A stretch of DNA of 64,000 nt, taken from the NCBI GenBank assembly GCA_051942245.1, contig JAVECL010000054.1, forward strand, positions 1 through 64,000, in the 5' to 3' direction. Source of the stretch: Trypethelium eluteriae. Taxonomy: Eukaryota. A model generated the notes under the pieces. That model saw nothing but the letters and a program-made list of their open reading frames with translations, made no database searches and was not told the DNA's origin. The first letter of the stretch is position 1, and each line of letters opens with the position of its first letter. Of the stretch, positions 47,301 to 59,727 are shown in pieces. The position numbers and the translations under genes were made by a program.

Positions 47301-48181
47301 CTTTTCGGCCGCATTAACATGGACCTCGGAGTGAAACCGTCCCTTCAGCTCGATTCGCCTTGTGAGTATTTTCCTTGATGCAAAATCCTTTAGCATGGCA
47401 TCTTCGAGCGATTTCTGAACAGTAACGGTGATACTGTTATGATCATAACTGACTGATTCGTATGCAACCTATCATTGTACATTAGGTCAACTCGATCCAC
47501 ACATCGATGCGCATTAATGTACGGACTGCTTACCTGCCGATAGTTTCCCAAAACTTCGTCGCACAACTGTTTCTCAGAGTCGGACTTCCACCGCAGCGCA
47601 AGACAGCTGTATTCTGTGCTGTTTTGGCCAAATGAACCATCAATGTCCACATAAGCTCCAAGAGCTAGAGCGAGCCGAAGTGCAATTGCCGCATTTTCTC
47701 CAATGTCCGTCTCAGTCTTCGAACTTGCACAGACGAATGCGGATATAATGCCTGCACATAATCCTTGCGCACCGCCATGCTTCAAGTTCCGCAGCAAGGT
47801 TTCGTGTGTAAGACCTTCGATTGCATGATCATGAAGGTATTGGAAATATAGTCCAATGTGGACAAGAACTGTCAAGGGGGTTAAAAGAACGTTTGGTGAT
47901 GATGTCGACACATCTCCCATGTCGAGAGCGGACTTCAAAGCGTCCCCTTCCGCGAGCCATCTCTGCAACGTATCGATAGCCGCAAGGGCAGGTGCCTTAT
48001 CGAGGAGAGGATCGTGGGATACCAGAGTCCGCCAAAATGACTGCAACTCATGTGTCGCCTGGACCAGGGGGCGTAAGTAAGGCGACCGAAGAAGAGAATC
48101 GCGTATCACGGTCGCTTGAGGCTCTGAGGGCAATGTTGTCTGAGCCCCGAAAACTAGGATGGAAGGAGTGGTAGTCAACAT
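41306..48181 (-). CDS. Non-reducing polyketide synthase SAT-KS-MAT-PT-ACP-ACP-esterase (HSL-like alpha/beta hydrolase), PkbA/MpaC/Trt4-type, without a C-methyltransferase
   Basis: SAT GLCAG and GRFH; KS DTACSAS, HGTGT, GHCE; AT GHSFG, HGFHS; PT GHAV and DNFVQ; ACPs LGVDSL and IGFDSL; esterase HGGG, GWSTGG, DDLV, PHLFD. Introns at 47533-47469, 42585-42527, ~42371-42321 and two more in the esterase region. Confidence 0.93.
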
Positions 48182-49219
48182 TGCCGATGGTCGTTTTCGA
48201 GGAAACGTAGATGCTCATGAGAGTGGGTAGAGACTGTTTTACTCTTGACCACAGTAGGCGGTTGGGCCCGGGTACGGGTCCGGATTTGCTGACCACTAAC
48301 ACCAGCACTTGTTGGTTTGGAAAGACATTTGCACGAAATGAGGGACAAAGCTACTGGGACCTAATCGGCCAGACTTACTATTCGAGGCTGGGGTATGACG
48401 TCGGCGTTGATCATGTTGGGGGCGTTTGAGTGCTTTAGGTAGGTACCTACCCGTCCCCGTTCCCACTGACTGGATTCTGCACCATAGAATCACTCAATGG
48501 AGACGACGAATATCTTTGAATGAGTATGAGATCTTGATCAGGTCAACCAGCGCTCATTGCGGCAGGGGATCGACAGGACTCAGTGGTCACGCTGTTAGTC
48601 CTACACCACCAGAGTAAAGAAAGAATACCAAGAAGCTTCCTAGCACCCCTTTCTACCTCTCCAGAATCTTTATTTAAAGACATAGAAAGCACTTCGAAAT
48701 ATTCCTCCCTGGTAATCACGGCTATTTGGATTGCTCCACTGTAGTTGCTGAACTATGTTCTGCCGCTCGGTCATGATTTTTGTGTTATGTAAGTAACATT
48801 CAACAAATGCATCGTCAGATTCTTCACTGTTGATTGGATGTTGATGGCGTAGATCATGTAGGCACGAAAGGCTCATACTAACGCTGAGCGAATGAGGTAG
48901 GCGACGGTATTTACCTTTTCAAAAACTTCCTGCAATGCCTTCAGAAAAGCCAAAACTTCACACCCCTAGGGACGAGTCGCCGTTTCGCTAATGCAATGCC
49001 TGGCTATTACTAAACAGTCTTAGGCACCCAAGACCCATTATCGATAATCTATCCGAAATCTAGGCGCTTCTGGGAGGTGGTTTGCAAGGGATTTTGCAGC
49101 GATCGAAATTCGCAGCATTCCTAATTTTACAAGCGGCGAACTACTTGAGCCGCTTACACGCCAGCGACAATCAACTAACGCTCCAATCCGAGGCAGTCAT
49201 CTGAAACTGCACTTCTTCC

Positions 49220-49950
49220 ATTCCCCCTTCAGGAGTCCGAACGTCGACATGTCCGGCTGGGAATGGCTTCTACGCGCCGAATGTCATAACAGCTCTTCTA
49301 ATAGCACCTCCGCTCTCCTGCTTTCCGGTCTTTAAGACGTCTTCGACTTCCCGACCGACTGGCCTGAAATCGAGTACATCGGGCCGACCGGCTACTTCGG
49401 CTATTCGGAGGACTACTCAGTCGGCAATCCGACCGACAGATACGAATACATAACTGTGTCTCCGCTGTTGCTGGCCTAACCGTGCCTCTATCTTACGGCA
49501 ACGTGACCATCTTCTCCACCGATACTGCTGGCACCTGTCATAAACCTCGACTGGCTCTCCCATCCGGCCAACCGCCTCGTTGCTGTTGCTACCTTGAGAT
49601 GGACGTACGCCATCTGGCCCTCGCATGCGATAGTGGACCTGACATTCGGTAACGGTGACCTCCTCGGCAGGATAGTCGTGCTGGCCGACGTCGATGACGT
49701 TATCTGGCGTTTCATTCAGCAGAGCCTCAGCACCACCACCTACACAGCAGTGACGTGTCGGATGAGTAGGGTGTATAGCGTGAACACGGTTGTGGATTTG
49801 AGGGCTTGTGGCATAGGAATTGAAGGGTAGCGGGTCATGAATCAAAGCATCATGGCGCTTCTGCCACCGTGGCATTGGATGGCGACGATGTATGCGCTGG
49901 TAGAAAAAAAGTGCGGGCGACATTCTGAAGAGCGGGGATGGTGCGGAGGT
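49220..49950 (+). pseudogene. Degraded C-terminal half of a GMC (AA3) oxidoreductase
   Basis: Reading across stops and frameshifts gives SPNVDMSGWE...FPTDWPEIEY...PLSYGNVTIFSTDTA.APVINLDWLSHP...VTCRM...VVDLRACGIGIEG*RVMNQS...LPPWHWMATMYALVEK.AGDILK, collinear with the GMC_oxred_C consensus. Confidence 0.85.
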
Positions 49951-50542
49951 GAGGATACCTAGGCGAGGGTAGAGTAATTCGCTGTGGCTAGATATTGGAG
50001 GAAGATGTTCTTTTCGCATGAATGCTTTCTTATGAATGTTAGAATACCAATCATTTGTTTAGTTTCGCCAGAGGTTGGAAAGATAACTGCGTATAGAGCA
50101 GACTATCAGATACGGACCTCTGGGTTGGCCCTTCTCTCTGTAGAATATCTAGCCTGCAGCTCGTAAACTACATAGATTATATTATATTAGCGAGAAACGA
50201 AGTATCAAAGGTTTTTGCAAAGCTCAGTAGCCAGTAGTCAACTGATAGACGAAGCTTTAGTAATTCTTTTCTTGAGTTAAGGAATAATCGAAGAAAGACA
50301 ATTTGAAGGAACTATTCTAAATATGCATGCCAAAAAAGAAAGAAAAGAGACTGACGAGAAAAGAGGGAAAGTCGTAATTGAAGATCCCAGTGTTGACCTC
50401 CAATCTCCAACCTATGAGCCTTGATCTTTTCATCTTATCCTTCTATTCTATATCGTCTATAAACTCCTAGTACAGATTGTGATAGTGGCCGCTGAGTTCT
50501 GACCACCTCCTGTCAGGCCATGCAGTCACATTGCCCTACATA

Positions 50543-51865
50543 TCACTGATCCACATGCATGCTCACCCTGGCTGACCGCATTTCCAGAGCCACCTTCATG
50601 ATTCCGTTGACGCCCTCCGAATCCACGCCTTCGAGCGTCAGTGTAAGGGACTTCACTCTGCTGTCATTTTCCTTACTCGCGCACATGGCACCCTGACTGA
50701 ACTCACCGTTTTGTGGTAGAGTATTTGGAGGGGCGCCGAAAAACTCCCCGCGGGTCCCATCTGGCGCGCCCTGGATGTCTGATGTGGCGAAGGGTCCGGT
50801 GTCTAATTGGTTGTTTTGCACTGAAAATGGGGTTCCCATGGAGCTGAATGCGGCAACGTCCGAGTCGGCACTTGTACTGTTCACTCCAGTCGTCACCTGG
50901 GACGGCGATGTATCGAAGTACAGCTCATTGGAAGGGAAGACGTTTTGTATAGGCATCGTTGTGCCCAAGAATGATCCGTCGGACGTCAGTGCGAGAGGAG
51001 ATGAGAAATCCAATGTGTCGAAGTTTGCATCACAGTCCATGAATGTAGCATGACCGCCGATGGGAGCGTTCGCGCCTTCGCTCAAGGATCCCTCATCGGC
51101 CTCTGAGTCCAATTCCAGCTCGTTCTCAGAGCCAAGCTCGTATACGGGATGGGCTTGCGCTGTCTTTTTCTGGCTAAGTCGCCGTTTTATTATTGCATAA
51201 CTGTACGAATGACCAATTAGCACTCAGAAGCCCTAGCCGGTGCTTGAGGTAAACGTACCGGTTCTTGATATCTGTTGTGGACCGTCGCTGAAATCTCGTC
51301 TCGGCGATGGTGGTCCAGCTGCGGCCGCACTCGGCGACGGCGTCCAGAAGGCGCTTGTCCTCATCCGGCTTCCACGAGCTGCGGTCGACATTGGGGTCAA
51401 GGCTGTGTGACCAGCGCTTCACGCATTCTAAGAGCAGTGAGAGACTCGTCAATAATTGCTCCCTACTTGTCCATTGTTGGTAGCGGAGGAAAGGAGAGCT
51501 CACGGTCTGCGTTCCTCGTCCTAACCTGCTCCGAGACCTGACTCCATCGGAACCCATGCACGGCCACGGCTTGCTGTAGACGCTCGTCTTCGCCTACTTC
51601 CCATGGCCCTTTGACGATGCTGTTGCCAATTTTAGACCACCGCTTCCGACAGTCTTTGTTTGAGCGGCCCGAGATCTTAGAGGCGATGGTCTTCCAGTCA
51701 CTTATCGAACCGCGCTTTACTGTGGGATGACGACGTCAGTGACAGAGCCACCAAGAGTGACAATGGTAATGGAGACCTACATTGTATCTCGGCCTCATGT
51801 TGCAGTGTTTGATCTTCGGCTTCTGTCCATTTCCTTGGTGGTACTGCAGACTTTAGGCTCGCCAT
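50543..51865 (-). CDS. Myb/SANT transcription factor with three repeats (4 exons), likely cluster regulator
   Basis: Exons 51865-51781, 51719-51504, 51427-51259, 51200-50543. Repeats KWTEAED...DWKTIA...RSNKDCRKRW, GPWEVGED...RWSQVS...RNADQCVKRW and SWKPDED...SWTTIA...RSTTDIKNRY. Confidence 0.92.
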
Positions 51866-53759
51866 AGCGTAGACAGAACGCAGTGGTGGGAAGGCTATAC
51901 ACTTCCGATTATCTCATTCAGGAGTGGGCCCGATAGGTCGATCGTCGGCTGCTGACGTTGTGTATCTCGGGTATGACGGTCATTCGTACCTGTGTCACGA
52001 CTCAGAACTGTAATTTGACCGGATCGACTATTATAAGGCACAAGAAAGTCTCAGGAGCAGATGGCCGGCTATACGTTAATCTGGCGGGCTATGAGGCTAG
52101 CTGTAGAACCGGCATGATAGCAATCTTGCGTATCTGATCATCGCTGCAGGGCGATCTAGGATGGCACGAATCAAGCTTTTGCCTTAGAAAGAACGTTGGC
52201 TAGGTGATGTTTTGGTTGATGAACAAACCCTTCGGAGACCTTTTCTGGAGAAATTCTGATGCTGTATGCCGTCGGTGGCGGTCGCGGCGCAATGAATGGG
52301 CCATTAATGCAAGTAACGTGGATGATAGGCAGGAACTTAATGCGAGACAAGGAAGGAACTTCTGCTGTGTAGCCAGACCCTACTGTACACTCCAAGTCTT
52401 GCCCCAGCGCCTTTTCCGTTCGGCTGCCGGAAAACGGCTAACATTAGTCGGGAATAAGTTAACGTCCGCCGGGTATATCGTAGTTGACGTGCCGGGCCGT
52501 ATGCAGCTCTGCATCATCTCGATGCACATTAGCCGACTCTAAAAAAAACAAGAAAGGTCAATCGCTTTTCGACGAGGAATGACCTGGGCCTTACGGGCTA
52601 GCTTCGGTTGTGAGGTTATCTACCACGTGTCTCAGCGTCCTACCTGGACGCCTAAAGATAGGAAGCGGGAGGCATCGGGTGCAGGAGGATGTTGTGCTAC
52701 AATACAGGGGACGGTTGATCGCTAGGCTCTGGAGAATAGTTGATCTAGATGAGTCTACCTGACTGACCAGACTCCTACTCTATACTCTCAGCCGCCATGT
52801 GGAGGGGTTGAAAACACCATGACCGAATTACCTTCTTAGGTATCCCGTAACGCCTTCGGGGGACCTCTACTCTATCCTTGTTGCATCAGGGTCGGAATTC
52901 CCGTCCAACAGGAAGTCAAGCTACACATGGCCAAAGTACCTCATCTTCCTACGTTAAATAATAACCACTACATAAGGAAGAATTTGGAAGATTGTAGAGC
53001 TATTCCTTTAGTCGTAATCTACCGAGATACTTATAAAATTCTCCTGAATAACTTCAAAAGTCTCTATCACAGCATGTCGCAGACATTGAAGGCAGCAAGG
53101 TACGTTATAGAAGATTCGAAGTACTTAAGGCCGAGACACCGAGATCGCGCGGCTCAAGTGGGTCTGAAGGAGAAATCCCTTTATGAACTTCGCAGCTTCG
53201 GGTGTTCGCGTCTCGCAGACGGGAGGAAATCAATGCCGAGGGTGGCGTAGGTGGGTCCAACCTCCTGTCATTTTAAACATGCGTATCTGCATTTGCCATC
53301 CTCCTTCCTCTTTCCCATTGTAATCGATCGATACCTACGTAATTCTTCGCATTTGTGTGCTTAGCGCTTAGCGATGACGTATACCTACAAACATTAGACG
53401 ATTGATGCCGAATTCAGTACGTTATCTCAGGCATAGGACGTCTCTCGAAGAGCCCCTTTTCTTGGCTTGACATTGCGTCGAGAGGCTGTCTATCCGGGTC
53501 CAGAAGAATCCTCCTGATAACTTGTTGACCCTCCTTTCTTTCAGATGCGTAGATTCCATAGACTTTGTAAGCGGAGCATCCAAGCAGTTGCCGCAGAGAA
53601 TGACAACGTTAAGCATAGTCTTTTGGATGAAGACCGCATAAAATATATCACGCACCGAAAAGAATAGCTTCAGAAGGGCGCTTAAGCTTCGTAGGCGAGC
53701 TTTACCTGAGGGTAGATAGTCCTTCTTTTCTTTGTATCGTCCTCAGTTGTTCAATACTC

Positions 53760-54425
53760 CCCCCTCCGAAATATTCCTGGCCACATGAGTAACCTTGTCT
53801 TGTTGTGGCAAGCTGCAAGACTGTCGGGCCAAGTTTTACATCATACCTCTAGTGACTCAGTTAGATGTGACAACGCCTGGCTACAGTTGGATCGAACCAT
53901 TCAGTCCATGGTCGCAACTGCACTACATGTGGATCTATCAGACTCTGGCCAGATCAGTTTTATCTACAGATATGTGCTTTTACCTATTCTCGGACCATTC
54001 TGAACCGCCAATTTTAGCGCCCTCGTCGCCCTGTATACGCCTTGCCTTTCTTTCAATGCTGTCAACTGTGTTGATACAGACCGTTCTCGGCGTGCAAGAG
54101 TTATCATTGAACAAATTGCTGAGCGGATAAGTGTGAGTCTAATTGAACAACAATGCTTCCTAGGTCGTGATCCTGAGGACATGGCACTATGGAGTCTCTT
54201 TCTCGCATACCATATTTGTGGAGCTCACATGCGTTCCACTTCAAAGACCTCAGAGTTATCCAAGGTTCTGAAAAGCTTGAAAGAAACATTTCGTACGATA
54301 GATATTAGATGGAATGCTGCAGGTAATTTTCATCCATCGCTTCCCAATCTCCCTGATATCTAATCATCAGTGTAGATGTCTACCTCCAGCTACTCGAGGC
54401 GCAAGAAGTCATGAATAATTTCTGA
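53760..54425 (+). pseudogene. C-terminal remnant of a fungal-specific (Zn2Cys6-type) transcription factor
   Basis: GHMSNLVLLWQAARLSGQVLHH...WLQLDRTIQSM...|SALVALY...CFLGRDPEDM...LKETFRTIDIRWNAA|DVYLQLLEAQEV. Intron 53970-54017 starts AT instead of GT. No intact upstream ORF or zinc cluster is seen. Confidence 0.6.
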
Positions 54426-55187
54426 CGGAAAGTTGAAGTGGGGATGGTTTTTGCAGCATTCGAAACATACACTGTCAAGCCCAAGCTTTGTCTTTGTTGG
54501 ACTTAGCAAAAAATGTCAAACAACTTTTTCTAATTTTTGAGCAGCATCGAGTATGCTTTGAGGCAAAGGAAATCTACTTTTCGCCGGCACCAGCCACCTG
54601 AACTTTTTAATTGATAGAGGGGCCTCTCTAAGACCGAATTAGTGGTCCTTTTGATCTCCTTCTCCTATTCTCCCCTTCGGAATGATGTATGCTCGGTGAG
54701 ATTAAGCTTCCCGGAGAACATCAGCAAAGACTTGGATTGGTCCTCAACTCGCTGCAACATCAGGAACCACTACCACCTGTAGATAAGGCTTGTAGTCCTT
54801 TTAGATCCTGTCTAGATGTTGCTCTCGTCTGTCCAAAGAACGTACAGTACTCCGGACAGAACGCCGTCTCCGAAGGAGCGGCAGGCAGATGTGTGAGCTG
54901 ATATGCGAGCGAGAATTGATTTAGTCTATTAAATACTTCGGAGGATGCTTCGCTGCCAACAGAGCCTGCCCGATGCCTTCTTAGTTGATCTACTGTTCAG
55001 AGAAACAATGCAGTCGCATTCGAAAGATTCCATGCGGCGGAGGCATGGTTTTTTAAATTCCACAAACTAAACTAATCATCAAGTTCGATCCCCGAAAAAT
55101 GAGGTAGATTAGAGCTCTTAAAAAGGTCCATACTGAGCGAAAGACGGTCTTCAAAATCTAGTAGAACAGAGTTAGATAAGTCCGAAA

Positions 55188-57193
55188 TTATTTCGATAGT
55201 GGTGTGGATAATGATAAACAGAATATATGGTATAGTGGTAATACTGTAGGAGCTGATCTGAATAGTGACTGACCTAAATTAATATCATCAGATACGTTAT
55301 CCAACATTCCGGCTGGTGAAACCCTGTAATCCTTGCGAATCATTACCTCTTCACCCCTAGCAGTGGTACCAAAACCAACACCATCGGCCATTGAGCGCCA
55401 AAGAACTTGAGCGTATCGCTTTATATCTACCCAATGTTGTTCAAGTATCACGCTCGGGTTCTTCCTTCCATGATAATCGACGAAAACAAAATCCGTGTCC
55501 TGAGCGGGGAGGGACAGCTCGACGTATCTGAAAGGTCGTCGATAGGGAGTTCGAGATAGCGGCTTGCGCGTTGCAATTTTACATATGCTGATAGGATGGT
55601 GTAGGGGCAGCTCATCAGGAGGAAGGTCAGTGCTAGTGATTATGACTTTAGTGCTCTTCCCATACTTTCGGATGAGTCGAACCAAGAACCCGAGAATGTC
55701 TGCCTTAGGATCACTCGATTCCCACTGGCAGCGGTCTATGCGATCGATGAGGATGGCTATACGATCGAGTTTGGCAATTACGTGCTCCAGCAGCCCGCAG
55801 GCCGAGGTGAACTCGGTCGCCCTTTGGAAAACTCGACAACTGAAAAGTTCGGGCTTCTCTAAAACGAGGCCCGGTTTCTGCTCTAGGATCTGGGAAATTA
55901 TGGTCTTGATCAGTATCACAGGAGTCAGGTGCTCGTTGTTCGGCCTATCGCACATGACGAATGCGATGAGCTCACTCTGGACTTGGAAAGCCTTTATAGT
56001 ATCCAACGTAAACTCAGTTACCCAGGAATCGCGCTCACTGGTTGGACCAAAAACCGCCAGGATGGAGGCCTGCATCAAGGAATTCCATTCTTTGAGACAA
56101 TCCAGGACTCCGTTGACTTCCCAGTGGTCCTTCGGAGAGAGACGAAACTCACGGCCCTCCCAAGCTTGCAGCTCCTCTGTCATCGTACGATTCGATGGTA
56201 GCAGAGCGTTAATGAGCAAATCGCTTCGGTTTCGGACTTCCAGGCTTTGCATTCCTAAGGTGAAATGTAAGCGTAATTGGAACTTATCCATTTAATGCCT
56301 TACTTGTTTGAGCGAATAGTAGCGTATCATAGGACGACCTTAGTCTTATAATCTCGGACACCATATATTGGGATTGATCGGCAAGTGAGTCGACCTTAGC
56401 AGCCTGATTTTGAAGTAGCTCATGTATGTCCATTTGCATTGCGCTAGTGGCTATTTGAATGAGAATCCTTAAGGTTTTCCAGGAAGATTCCACCTTCTGG
56501 AGCCCTGTATCGAAATTGTATTTTTCGCTGGCTGTCAAAGCATCCACAATTTTGGCTTCGGATATATGAGAAGGACTGACGCTGTGGATTGGGGAGTGAC
56601 TCACATATTCTACCAATGGCACAGTACTCTGTTGCTCGAACCAATAAGTCTAAGATATCCATATAGGTCTGGGCGAGCTGTTCCCGCATCCTGTTTGTCG
56701 GATACAGAACATTGCATGTCTCCAGAAGGCCCGTAATTCTGACAAGTCGTTCAAAAATCTCAACGACCTTTTCCTGTTTTTGCTGTTTGATGATCACCCA
56801 CTGACAGAGGTTAGCATTCCTCGTGAGCTGGATAGTGGAAATAACCTTAAAGATGACCATCACGCATCCAAACGCAATAGCGCAATGAGGGTTTTGGGAC
56901 ACCAGTGGCGTGATTATATCCTGAATGTTGAGAGTAAAGCGGGCAACGTTATTCACAAAGCTAGAGAGCCAATTAATCTTGGATCCATCGATCTTGCCTT
57001 TGGCATGATTTGCCTTGTCTTCAATAAAAGACTTCACGGCCGGAGCATTAACAACGGTGAGACCAGGAGATTTCGAAGTTCCCAACAACAACAGAACGTC
57101 ATCTTGAGGTAGTATTTTAGCTAGACTTGCGTTAGAATCCCGACATTTGCGAAGAGCCCTCTCATAAATGCTGCGCAAATTAGGGGTTTGCAT
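55188..57193 (-). CDS. NACHT/STAND-like protein: helical N-terminal domain plus NACHT-like domain with degenerate Walker A; no C-terminal repeats (4 exons)
   Basis: Introns 56845-56801, 56604-56556 and 56303-56255 splice in frame. N-terminal NPHCAIAFGCVMVIF...LYPTNRMREQLAQTYMDILDLL, then LKEW...ILAVFGPTSERDSW, IIKTIISQIL-like helix (LIKTIISQILEQ), IAILIDRIDRC and KVIITS. Confidence 0.7.
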
Positions 57194-57536
57194 TTCTTCA
57201 TGGATGAAGACAGATGATTACGCTTACGCGTTATCTATCCCAGGCCGATACCATTCACCGAGGGGGGCCCGAAGATGCTCTCTTGATCTAGGCACGAGTT
57301 CGGTGGCCATCTTGTAACTGATGAAGCTTGTGGGGTGTGCTTTCAGCTGCCTGATTTTGAGCAGGTTCACCCTCGCAGGTATTACTGCACATCGACGTCA
57401 GAGCGAGGCTGATGCGTAGCGATAAGTCTACTTCAGTACTCACTGACACACTAACTGTGGCAATTCTTTACACATATATGGTTCTTTCCAGGCCAGCCAC
57501 CAAATCTGGACTCCTGACCAAAACAGTTATTGCACA

Positions 57537-59727
57537 ATGACGAACTCGTCGAGCGAGAGCCACTCGTTGCAGGACGAGCGGGGCAGTGACTCGGTTTCCG
57601 AACGCCTAAATGCCGTGGACTTAGGAAATCACGGCCAGGCTGTACAAAGGCCTTATCAGGGATCTTGTTTTCAAGAGGAAAGTTTGAACGAAGTACACAA
57701 GGCGCGCATTGGTAGACGGAAAGAAGTTGAAGGAAAGGTCAAATGGATCAGCCAGAGCAGGTGGGAGGATGAACAACGCAGCCTCAAGGAGCAGGAGGGT
57801 CGCGGTACATTCGCCTTTCTGCTGGACGATTCTCAGAGGAGCAGTAAAATTATCATCTCTTCTCCAGCTCTTATTGCTGTGGCACAGCGCATGATTCCTC
57901 CGGCTCAGCTTGAGAGCTGTTCCGATGGCGTCGCGATAGAGGAACCATTTTCACAGCTGCTCCACTCCATTAACGACATGCGCTCGGACATGATCAGCTG
58001 TCACGCGGACGTCAAAGACCTGGAAGACTTTACTGCTCTAGAGCTTTTCTTGTACGAGCGTCAGCCGCAATACAAAAGCGCTAGGAACGCCTTAAATACC
58101 AGACTAGGTGCAATGGTCAGCTTTGAAATGCTCTGGGTGCTTTTTAAGGCTGACGACTTGATTGTCGTCACAGACAAGTTTGAAGAAAAGCGAGCGTTCA
58201 AGTTCACCCATCTGGAAGAGAAGCTTGGTCGGTTTAGTGGACAAAGGGATCTCTGCGCCAAGCTGTCGGTGTGCGGATGGTGTATAGGTTGGGATCAAGA
58301 GCAGGAATGCTTCACCCAGAACAGCTTTGCTCTGAATATTGAACGTTTCTCGGGTCACCGTAGTGTGAGATCATTGCCAGTATACCCTCTCCGTTGCGAA
58401 GAGGGGGAAACTCGAACAGCACTGATTGCAGATTTGGAGAAGCGTGGCCGGCATTGGGCAGAGCTGGCCTCAAACGTGCCCCGTTGCCTCGAATACGACG
58501 GACGGGCCTTCCGAATAGGATACGCTCGAGTAGCTTCAGACAGAGATATCCAGGTGCGTTGATCGGTAGCTGAGAAGTAATCGCGACTGATTTAGATCTA
58601 GCTCGAGGGGCGGGTTATTCTTGATCATACCGAAGGCTCCTCAATACGCGATAAGTTCGAGACAGAAATTGAATACCTTAGAACGGGACTTATTGAAGAA
58701 AAGCTCCAAGACACAAGAAAAGGTGCTGTAAAGGCATTATTCAAAGCAGAACACTTTCGGCTATGTCCCCCAAGCCTAGGATGCTTTCACATCAGCAGTG
58801 GGCAACGATATGACATCAATATAATGAAGCTGAAGAACCCTGAATGGAAGGAAGATGCAATGGACCGTTTGGTCATTGACGAAGGTAAAAAGGAGAGGCT
58901 CAAATCCTTGATCAGGAGCTACACTGATGGCCGGATTAAAGGGGGCGACATTATCAGGAACAAAGGGCGTGGGCTAACCATCGTGCTGTATGGCCCTTCA
59001 GGGCTTGGAAAGACACTGACCGCGGAATGTCTCGCAGAGCATGCAAAGACGCCATTGATCCCGTTGAGCGTTGGCAGTTTGGTGTCGGATGAGGACGTTA
59101 TCGAAGACCGGCTAAATGAAGCATTCAGGAATGCAAGTCGCATGAAGTCCATCCTTCTATTGGATGAAGCCGATGTAGTATTGGAAGCACGGTCATTTGA
59201 AGATGTCCGAAGGAATGGGATAGTATCCAGTAAGCGCGCCTGTATCATTTGAATGCCCAGTTAATATTGCAATAGTTTTTCTGCGACAGCTCGAGTACTA
59301 CGATGGTGTTTTGTTCCTGACGACAAACAGGATCACATCCATAGATCCTGCGTTTCAGTCTCGAATTCAAATGGCAATTGGTTACAAGGATTTTACGCCA
59401 AAGGAACGGGAGCGGATCTGGAAGAGCCTATTAAAACCTGTCCTTGAAGATGCATCTGATGAGGACAAGGCCATCCTTGAGGAGGCGCTTTCGAAGCTGT
59501 CTGAGTACACACTCAACGGGCGAGAGATACGCAACGCCATCAGATTGGCAATGTTTCTCGCTCTGGATGATCTCAGCACTGACGGCAAAGTCCAATTAAA
59601 GCATATAAAGCAGGCGATGGGTGAGGTGAAAGAGTTTCGGCAGTTCTTCGAAGATGCGAAGAAGAACCACACGAACAAGAATCGAGTGTGGGTGCCATTT
59701 GCATCTTCACAGGATGAGTTCTCCTAG
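57537..59727 (+). CDS. Fungal AAA+ ATPase (N-terminal DUF7025-like domain plus a single AAA module), 3 exons
   Basis: Exons 57537-58553, 58602-59229, 59276-59727. Motifs VSFEMLWVLFK, SLPVYPL, GRVILD, Walker A GPSGLGKT, Walker B LLLDEAD, FLRQLEYYDGVLFLTTNR, DPAFQSRI and NGREIRN. Confidence 0.92.

Noticed and set aside
48200..48620. Myb binding sites (YAACNG-like) in the PKS promoter
   Set aside because: Only isolated short matches, no more than expected by chance.
49417..50019. 200-aa minus-strand ORF between the PKS and the Myb gene
   Set aside because: It is the antisense shadow of the plus-strand GMC pseudogene.
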